The notes below the pieces were generated by a model. It was given only the letters and a program-made list of their open reading frames with translations. It was not told where the DNA came from and made no database searches. Below, one piece after another: positions 56,640-64,000 of a stretch of 64,000 bases of DNA (position 1 is the stretch's first letter; each line of letters opens with the position of its first letter). The stretch is from the NCBI GenBank assembly GCA_965205505.1, contig CBDBHB010000007.1, forward strand, positions 320,001 to 384,000, given 5' to 3'. The position numbers and the translations under genes were made by a program. This DNA is from Acidobacteriota bacterium (lineage in GTDB: Bacteria > Acidobacteriota > UBA890 > WLXD01).

Positions 56640-57614
56640 TCAGCGCTGATCCTGCTCCGCTCGTATCTTCCTCAGCCACGACTCGAGCTCGTCGACGATG
56701 AGCTCTACCTCGCCGCGCAACACGCCACCGGCACCGATATCGGCGAGCTCGATATTGCGCCGGTAGCCCACTACCCCGCTTTCGCGCGCCACCAGCTCGA
56801 GGTAGCCCGCCATCGTTCGTGGGGGGCGTTCGGCCAGCTCGTCGACCGCGATACGTAGCTCGTACTCGGCTAGCTCAGGATCGACGACGAGGCCGTAGGC
56901 GCGCGAGTCGGCGATCGATTTGCGGAACTGTCGCTCCACACTGCGCAGGTCTGCCAGGGTCTCCTGCACCAGCTCGCGGCCGAGAATGTCGGCCGCTATG
57001 CCGCTACGATTCTCGTCTACGGGCTGTCCGGTGGGCGAAGGCGTGTTGCCCCGCGCCATGTTGTTGCGATCGAAGGGCCCCTCGGCACGAGTCTCGATCT
57101 CGGTAAGGTCCACCTCCGGCACATAGATGCGCGGCGCCAGGACGCGGTCCTGGAAGTCGTCGGGGGGCGGCCCCGCCTGTGCCATTCGCTGGATCTGGAA
57201 GGTCACATCGCCACCCGAGAGGTAAGCGAGAATGACCTGATCCCAGGCGACCTCGCTATCGCCCGCCCCCCAGGCGGCAACCGCAGCGAGCTGGTGCACG
57301 TGCGGTGCGCCTGGATTCAGCTCGGCGGCGCGCAACAGCGCGCCCACCGCCTCGCCCAGCTGGCCCATCAGTCCCAGCGTGCGCCCCCGCTGATAGTGGG
57401 CCTCCCACCACCCCGGCTCCGCCGCGATTGCCGCGTCGAGCTCCGCCAACGCGTCCGGTAGTCGGTCCGCCTGCGCCAGCTGAGCGGCACGCGCCATGCG
57501 CTCGCGCGTGTCCGGCGATTGGGCCGCGGGTACCAACGGGGCCGCCATCAAGACCACGGCCAGGGTACACGCCCCGTGCAGGAACCAGAAGCTCGAACCC
57601 GGTCGTCGATTCAT
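56640..57614 (-). CDS. Exported TPR-repeat protein (paralog of 25424-26417)
   Basis: AHYQRGRTLGLMG, RVLAPRIYV, YGLVVDPELAEYEL, ELESWLR. Confidence 0.75.
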   Translation of the reverse strand: MNRRPGSSFWFLHGACTLAVVLMAAPLVPAAQSPDTRERMARAAQLAQADRLPDALAELDAAIAAEPGWWEAHYQRGRTLGLMGQLGEAVGALLRAAELNPGAPHVHQLAAVAAWGAGDSEVAWDQVILAYLSGGDVTFQIQRMAQAGPPPDDFQDRVLAPRIYVPEVDLTEIETRAEGPFDRNNMARGNTPSPTGQPVDENRSGIAADILGRELVQETLADLRSVERQFRKSIADSRAYGLVVDPELAEYELRIAVDELAERPPRTMAGYLELVARESGVVGYRRNIELADIGAGGVLRGEVELIVDELESWLRKIRAEQDQR

Positions 57615-57743
57615 TACGGCAACAAACTCCAGTGGCGAAACGTTTCTACAGCATATCAAGGCACGGGGTCGCCTCGACGCTCGGTGGCGCCGTGCTGCGG
57701 CGACCGCCAGCGCCGCAAGGAGCCAGGCTGTTATGGTCGCCGC

Positions 57744-59561
57744 ATGAGCGAGGCAACATTGCCGGCAGGGACCGCGGAAGGTACCAAACTCCGCGCCTGG
57801 CCACTGGTAGTGCGGTTCTGGCCGTGGGTGCGCCCGCACCGCAGATACGCCTGGACGATCTTCGGCCTGCTGCTGTTGAGCACGCCGTTGTCGCTCGTAT
57901 CGCCGCTCATCGTGCGCCGCGTGGTGGACGATGCGGTCGAGCGGTCGAGCCCCGACGAGGTGCTGTTCTGGGGACTCGTGCTGATTGCCATGACAGCCGT
58001 GAGCGTGCTGCTCGGGCTCGGCATCGGCTACGCCGCCACGCTGCTGCACAACAAGGTCCTCCGCGACCTGCGGGTCAGCCTCTACCTCCACATGCAGGCG
58101 CTGTCGCTACGTTACTACAACGACAAGGAGACCGGCTGGTTGATGTCGCGCCAGATGGACGACATCGACAACCTCGAGGGCGTCATGGCCGACACCTTCG
58201 CGCGCGGCGCCGTCGACGTCATTCGCGGCCTCGGCTACATGGTCATGATCTTCTACATCGAGTGGCGCATGGCGAGCGGCGGCCTGCTGCTGGCTGTGGT
58301 GATCTTCGGTTTCCAATTCCTCATCTCGCCGCGCCTGCGGCTGCTCTCGAAGACGGCGAGAGAGAAATGGACGATCGTCAGCCAGTCGCTGCATCAGTCG
58401 CTCTCAGGCCATCAGCTGGTACAGGCGACGGCATCGGAGCGCCGCGAGTCGCTGCGCTTCATGGGCGTGCTGCATGCCAGCGTACGAGCGCAAGTGCGGC
58501 GCGACATGTTCTCGTTGTGGACCAACAACGTGTTCGGTCTGATTGGCGGCGTCGCACCGACGATCATCGTGCTTGGCGGTGTCTACTTGATCGTCACCAG
58601 CGACTTCACCATCGGCGGCCTGTTCGCATTCTTCATGTACCTGATGCAGATGTTCGGCGCGGTCGGCCGGTTGACACGCTTGAACCCGCGGTTGCAGCGC
58701 TCGCTCGCTTCGCTGGAGCGCATATACGAGGTGCTCGACACCGCGCCCGAGATCGTCTCGCCGCCCGGAGGACTGCGCCCCGAGCAGGTCGCGGGCACGA
58801 TCACGTTTGACCAGGTGGAGTTCGAGTATCTGGAAGGACAGCCAGTGCTACGACGCCTCGATCTGGAGGTCGAGGCGCGCACGATGGTAGCCGTGGTTGG
58901 ACGATCGGGAGCCGGGAAGACGACGCTCGCCAGCCTCGTGCCGCGTTTCTACGACCCCACCCACGGCAGCGTGCGCATCGACGGCCACGACCTGCGCGAG
59001 CTCGATTTGCGCTGGTATCGAGGCCACGTCGGGCTGGTGCCGCAGGAGATCTTTCTGTTCGATCGGAGCGTCGCCGACAACATCGCGTACGGCACCAAGG
59101 GCGCCACGACGGACGGAATCCGCGACGCGGCGCGCGCCGCCAATGCGCTCGAGTTCATCGAGCGCATGCCCGACAAGTTCGATACGCTGATCGGCGAGCG
59201 AGGCGTGAGGCTATCCGGTGGACAGCGTCAGCGCCTGGCGATCGCGCGCGAGATCCTCCGTGACCCGGAGATCTTGATCCTCGACGAGGCCACCTCGTCG
59301 CTCGACTCGGAAACCGAGGCGCTTATTCAACAGGCGCTCGGCACCCTGCTGCAGGGTCGCACGTCGATCGTCATCGCACATCGGCTGTCAACGGTGGTGC
59401 GAGCCGACGTCATCGTCGTAATGGACGATGGGCGCATCGCTGAGATCGGCCGCCACGCCGAACTGCTGGCGCGCGACGGACCGTACGCGAATCTGTACCG
59501 TTCGCAGTTCCACGACGCCGCTCATTCGTCGTCACGAACGGATCGGCGGGGTCTGCGCTAG
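57744..59561 (+). CDS. ABC transporter fused permease/ATP-binding protein (MsbA-like exporter)
   Basis: TM domain, Walker A GRSGAGKT, LSGGQRQR, ILDEATSSLD, AHRLST. Confidence 0.92.
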   Translation: MSEATLPAGTAEGTKLRAWPLVVRFWPWVRPHRRYAWTIFGLLLLSTPLSLVSPLIVRRVVDDAVERSSPDEVLFWGLVLIAMTAVSVLLGLGIGYAATLLHNKVLRDLRVSLYLHMQALSLRYYNDKETGWLMSRQMDDIDNLEGVMADTFARGAVDVIRGLGYMVMIFYIEWRMASGGLLLAVVIFGFQFLISPRLRLLSKTAREKWTIVSQSLHQSLSGHQLVQATASERRESLRFMGVLHASVRAQVRRDMFSLWTNNVFGLIGGVAPTIIVLGGVYLIVTSDFTIGGLFAFFMYLMQMFGAVGRLTRLNPRLQRSLASLERIYEVLDTAPEIVSPPGGLRPEQVAGTITFDQVEFEYLEGQPVLRRLDLEVEARTMVAVVGRSGAGKTTLASLVPRFYDPTHGSVRIDGHDLRELDLRWYRGHVGLVPQEIFLFDRSVADNIAYGTKGATTDGIRDAARAANALEFIERMPDKFDTLIGERGVRLSGGQRQRLAIAREILRDPEILILDEATSSLDSETEALIQQALGTLLQGRTSIVIAHRLSTVVRADVIVVMDDGRIAEIGRHAELLARDGPYANLYRSQFHDAAHSSSRTDRRGLR

Positions 59562-59678
59562 TGGCACGGCGGCAGGCTCTAGCACGGCCTGCTGGCCCTG
59601 AACCCGGTAAACGGACGTTTTGCGGGGGGGAGACCCCGTGTGTCCGCTGACGCTACCAGTTCGCGGCCCGTCGGTCCA

Positions 59679-61073
59679 CTAGTGGCCTGTAGCAGATGAT
59701 CGTTGCCTGTCGTGGTGGCGCTGGTTGCGGCCAGCTGCGGTTCCTAAAGCCAGGAGATGTTGCTCGGTGCGCACGTACCACCTTCCGTCGACGAGCGCCG
59801 GCGATGCCAGCGTGCGCTCGCCGATCCGGTTCACGTGCAGCAGCCTGAACTCGTCGCCCGCCGCCAGGACGAACGTCTCGCCGGCGTCGTTGGTGAAGAA
59901 CACCTTGCCGTCGATTACCACCGGCGATGCCGAGAAGCTCTCGCGCTGCGCCCGCCCCAGCCGCCCCTGGTATAGAACCTCTCCGCTGCGAGCGTGGTAG
60001 GCGGTCAGCACCGAAGCAATGTCGTTGATCATGTAAAGGTTTTCGCCGTACAGCAGAGTCGAGGGAACGAACGGCGACCCCTTGGGGCTACTCCAGGCCA
60101 CGTGGGTCTCGGTAACATCGCCGCGCCCGCCCGGCCGGATCGCCAGCGTCGGCCCGGCACGTCCCGACGAAGAGAACACAAGACCATGCCCGACCACGGG
60201 AGTCGGAATCACTTCGAAAAGGTTGCCGCCGGCGTTCCAGAGCTGCTCTCCCGTGCTCGCCGAGTAGCCGTAGACCATGTACTGACTGCTGACCACGATC
60301 TCGTCGTGGTCGCCAACCCGGATGGCGATGGGCGTTCCCCAGCCGGTGTCCTCTTTCCGGTCCGTCCACCACACGGTGTCGCCCGTGCGCGCATCCAGCG
60401 CGGCAATAAACGAACGCACCTGCGACCCTCGCTGCATGTCCTGGTAGAAGATCACGCGATCACGATACAGGAGGACGGAGCCCGCCGTACCGTGCGATGC
60501 GTGGATCTGGCCGAAGTCGCGATGCCAGACGATCTCCCCTTGCATGTCAGTCGCTATCAGGCCGTGGTTGCCTAGGTAGGCATACACGCGCTCGCCGTCG
60601 GTGGCCGGCGTCCCCGACGCGTGGCCGTTCTTTTCGTGCGCGCGCTCCACCGGCGCGCGCGCCGGCGCCGCCTCCCAGAGCAGCCGACCGTCGCTGCGAT
60701 CGAACGCCAGCAAGGCCACCCGCGCTCCGCGCTCCGTGGCGCTGCTTAGGAAGATCCGATCGTCCCACACGATCGGCGAGGAGTTACCGCGCCCGGGAAC
60801 AGCGACCTTCCATAGCACGTTGTCGGTGTCCGACCAGGTGTCGACGTAGCCGCTTCCGGTGACCAGACCCTGCCCCGATGGCCCACGCCAGCGGCTCCAG
60901 TAGCGCGCCGCCTCGCCTTCCACCGGGATCATCTGCACGTCGTCTGCGGCCGGCATCGTAGGAGCCGCGACGAGCGTCGCCGGAAGTGCGGCGGGACCGG
61001 CGTTGGTGTCGACCAACAACACCGCACCGCTTGCGAGTAGCCCGGCAACTGCCACAACTGGTTTCCATGCCAT
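59679..61073 (-). CDS. PQQ-like beta-propeller repeat protein (BamB-like)
   Basis: WSRWRGP, GNSSPIVW, TPATDGERVY, WGTP, FSASPV, TLASPA. Confidence 0.85.
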   Translation of the reverse strand: MAWKPVVAVAGLLASGAVLLVDTNAGPAALPATLVAAPTMPAADDVQMIPVEGEAARYWSRWRGPSGQGLVTGSGYVDTWSDTDNVLWKVAVPGRGNSSPIVWDDRIFLSSATERGARVALLAFDRSDGRLLWEAAPARAPVERAHEKNGHASGTPATDGERVYAYLGNHGLIATDMQGEIVWHRDFGQIHASHGTAGSVLLYRDRVIFYQDMQRGSQVRSFIAALDARTGDTVWWTDRKEDTGWGTPIAIRVGDHDEIVVSSQYMVYGYSASTGEQLWNAGGNLFEVIPTPVVGHGLVFSSSGRAGPTLAIRPGGRGDVTETHVAWSSPKGSPFVPSTLLYGENLYMINDIASVLTAYHARSGEVLYQGRLGRAQRESFSASPVVIDGKVFFTNDAGETFVLAAGDEFRLLHVNRIGERTLASPALVDGRWYVRTEQHLLALGTAAGRNQRHHDRQRSSATGH

Positions 61074-61147
61074 TTTGTTTTCCGTGGTGGGGGATTCATC
61101 GAGGTGGTCAGTCTGTCACGAAAACCGAGCCGACGGCTACGGCTGGG

Positions 61148-63808
61148 TCAATCGGTGCGCAGCGCTACGATCGGTTCGACGCGCGCCGCCCGCCGGGCCG
61201 GGAGCACGCCGGCAAGCAAGGCGGTAAGCAGCATCGTAGCCCCCACCGCAGCATAGATCGCCGGGTCGTTGGGCTCGACACCGAAGAGCATGCTCGCCAG
61301 CAGCCGGCTGGCAAGAAGCGCTGCGCCGAGGCCCAGAGCGACGCCAAACATCACCGGCACCATCCCACCAACTAGGACGTCTCGAACCACGACGCTCGCC
61401 GGCGCTCCGAGCGCCACGCGGATGCCGATCTCACGAGTCCTGCGGCTGACGACGTAGGACATGACGCCGTACACGCCTACCGCTCCGAGCACCAACGCCA
61501 GGCCCGCGAAGCCGCTCAGCAGCCAAGCGGAGAAGCGCTCCCGGCCGAGCGAGCCGCCCATCACCTCAGGCATACTCTGGATGCTGGAGATCGGCACCTG
61601 TGGATCCAACGATCGAATCACCTGCAACACCGGCGCGATGGTGGCTCCCGGTTGCAAGCGCACCGCCACTACCATGCTGGCCAGCGGATATTGCTCAGTC
61701 GGTCGGTACAGGCTCACAAACGCCGGCCAATCGAGCCGATGCTGGCGTACGTCGCCAACCACACCCACCACCTCGCGGTTCTGGTTGCCGAACAGCGCCA
61801 CGTTCTTGCCGATCGCCGATTCGCCCGGCCAGTATTGATCGGCAAAGCTCTGGTTGACGATCACCACATCCGGAGAATCGGGTCCGTCACGCTCGTCGAA
61901 CAAGCGGCCGTCGATCAGCGGGATAGCCATGGTGCGGAAGTAGTTCGCCGCCACCCCCGGAAGTTGACTACCGGCAACGGGCGCCCCTCCTCAGGCTCGT
62001 ACCCCTCGGCCACGAACGGAAAGCTCCAGTTGCCGGCGTGAAGCGGCAAGATGTGGATCGCACCGGCGCTGTCCACGCCCGGAGCGGCGGCGATCTGCTC
62101 CATCAACTGCGCCCAGTATTGGCGCTGCTGCGGGCCCTCGGAGTAGCGCGAGTCCGGAGCGGTGACGCGCATAGTCACCACATCACGAGCATCGAATCCC
62201 GGCGCCACCGCCCACAGTTGTGTGAGGCTGCGCACCAACAACGCAGCAGCCACCACGAGCACACACGACAGGGCCACCTCGGCGACAACCAGGATCTGGT
62301 TCGTGCGCATGCTCGCCAGGCTGCCCCCGGCACCCGGGGCCCCGTCGCCGAGCGCGTCGCGTAAATCGCCACTCATGGAGCGGAAGGCGGGCGCAGCCCC
62401 GAACAGTAAGCCCGCGAGGATGGAGATCGACAGGGCATACGCGAGCACCACAACGTCCACCGTGATCGCCTCCGCCCTCGGCAAGGTGCCCTGCATCCAC
62501 CGCGCTACGAATCCGACGAGCTGGGTGGCCAGCAGCACCCCCGTCGCGCCCCCGACCAGACCCAGAAGCACCGACTCGGTGAGCAGCTGCACCATCAGGC
62601 GCACGCGCCCAGCGCCCAGCGCCGCTCGCACGGCGAGCTCGCGCCGACGAGCCGACGAACGAGCCAGCAAGAGATTGGCGACGTTGGTGCACGCGATGAG
62701 CAGCACCAGGGCGACTCCGCCCAACAGCACCAACAGCGTCGTGCGCACCGATCCCACCGTGTGCTCGTGCAGTCCGACGACGCGCGCCAGTGACAGGTCT
62801 TCCTTTTGGTCCAGGCCCAACCGCGCGTCGATGCCAAGCCGAACGAACAGCGCGGCGAGCTCGGCCGACGCTTCGGCAACACTCGCCTGCGGCTTCAACC
62901 GACCTCCTGCCTGCAAGTACCACGAGTGGTAGTAGTCCCCTTCCTGGCCAGGGTCGATTGGCAGCGGCGTCCAGAGCTCCCACTCCTCGCCCAGGGGCCG
63001 ATGATCGGCGCCCATCACGCCGATCACGCGCCGGGAAGCGGCGTGTTCGTTGCCAATGTCCACTCGCCGACCGACGATGTCCGGATCGGCGCCGAATCGC
63101 CGTTGCCACAGGCCGTGGCTGAGCACCACCACATCGTGGTTGCCGGAAATTGATTCCTCGGCACGGAACGAACGGCCGAGCACGGGTTGCTCTCCGAGCA
63201 CGCCGAAGTGGTTGGTGGCCACCACGCCACCGGAGACCGACTCGGACTCTTCGATGCCGGTGATCGTGAAGCCCCAGCCCGACCAAACTGTGGTGTCGAC
63301 GTAGACAGTCGACTCTTGTTGCAGCCGCTGGTGGAGCGCTTTGGTGACGTTTTCGCCGGGCCAGATGCGTACCAGCCGATCGGGCTCGGCATAGGGCAGA
63401 GGCTGCAGCAACACTGCGTTGACAACGCTGAAGATCGCCGTGTTGGCCCCCACCCCGAGTGCAATGGTGATGATGGCGACGCCGGAAAACGAAACGTTGC
63501 CGAGCAGGTCTCGGAACGCGTATCGGAGGTCCTGCGGAAAGCCGAACATGGCACGCACTATCCTTGGGGAACGGTAAGCGCTGGCTGGGGGAATACCGCG
63601 CGATAGCACATCGGCCCACTGCCGCGCAGCACCGACGAGCAACCCGGCCGACTCGCGCATTACGAAGACGAGGCGCCGCTGCCGAATCGGACGCGCCAGG
63701 CGCTCGGCGAGACGCTCATCCAGCGTCTCGAGCATGGCGGCGCCGTAGTCACGTCGAACGGCACGCGGGTACAGCGCCACCAGGAGTCGGAACAGCAGTC
63801 GGCCTCAC
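61148..63808 (-). pseudogene. Duplicated orphan ABC permease (ADOP) split by a frameshift in a G5 run (61954-61958), with a second shift near the start
   Basis: ORFs 61915..63780 and 61148..61954 join as ...VVNFRG|VAANYFRTM...; GTG at 63808 is out of frame with [12 protein letters not shown]. Confidence 0.8.
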
Positions 63809-63817
63809 GGCGCGACC

Positions 63818-64000
63818 TCAGGAGCGCTCGGGCGCCAGGCTCTTGGCGCGTACGACCGCCACCAGCTCTTCGAGTCGCGCCGCCTCCAGATTCATGACCT
63901 CGTGCCCGCGCAGGGTGAGACAGAAGTACTTGCGCCGCGGGTCGCGGGCGGCGCCCGCCGGAGCCCCGGCCGACGCCACCAGGCCGCAGGCGTCGAGGCG
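63818..64000 (-). CDS. PadR family regulator, C-terminal part (5' end outside the window)
   Basis: RLDACGLV...DPRRKYFCLTLRGHEVMNLEAARLEELV...ERS*; directly upstream of the permease. Confidence 0.8.
   Translation of the reverse strand, partial: RLDACGLVASAGAPAGAARDPRRKYFCLTLRGHEVMNLEAARLEELVAVVRAKSLAPERS

Overview
High-GC bacterial chromosomal segment, probably Acidobacteriota (inferred from three PadR + duplicated orphan FtsX/MacB permease pairs and many exported hydrolases). The standout feature is one uninterrupted 2894-aa ORF (2655..11339, -) that fuses a FixC/ETF:quinone oxidoreductase-like flavodomain, a FixX-like ferredoxin, two complementary acyl-CoA dehydrogenase domains, ETF-beta and ETF-alpha, i.e. 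a putative one-polypeptide acyl-CoA-to-quinone electron chain. Also present: a CTAG-targeting MITE/REP-like family (two full and several half copies, one inserted in frame in a beta-barrel gene, adding 56 aa); a candidate structured RNA/14-aa sORF with a 16S-tail-complementary RBS; a choline transporter-like symporter paired with a phosphatidylcholine synthase; nucleotidyltransferase toxin-antitoxin-like modules; tRNA-Glu(CTC); and a decayed island (~47650-55530) with a pseudogenised 7TM-DISM hybrid kinase, IS6 and IS256 remnants, a group II intron 5' fragment, a tRNA 3' fragment and a restriction-enzyme N-terminal remnant. Several genes carry frameshifts or premature stops that could be real decay or assembly error. 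All calls come from motif recognition by eye; no database searches were run.
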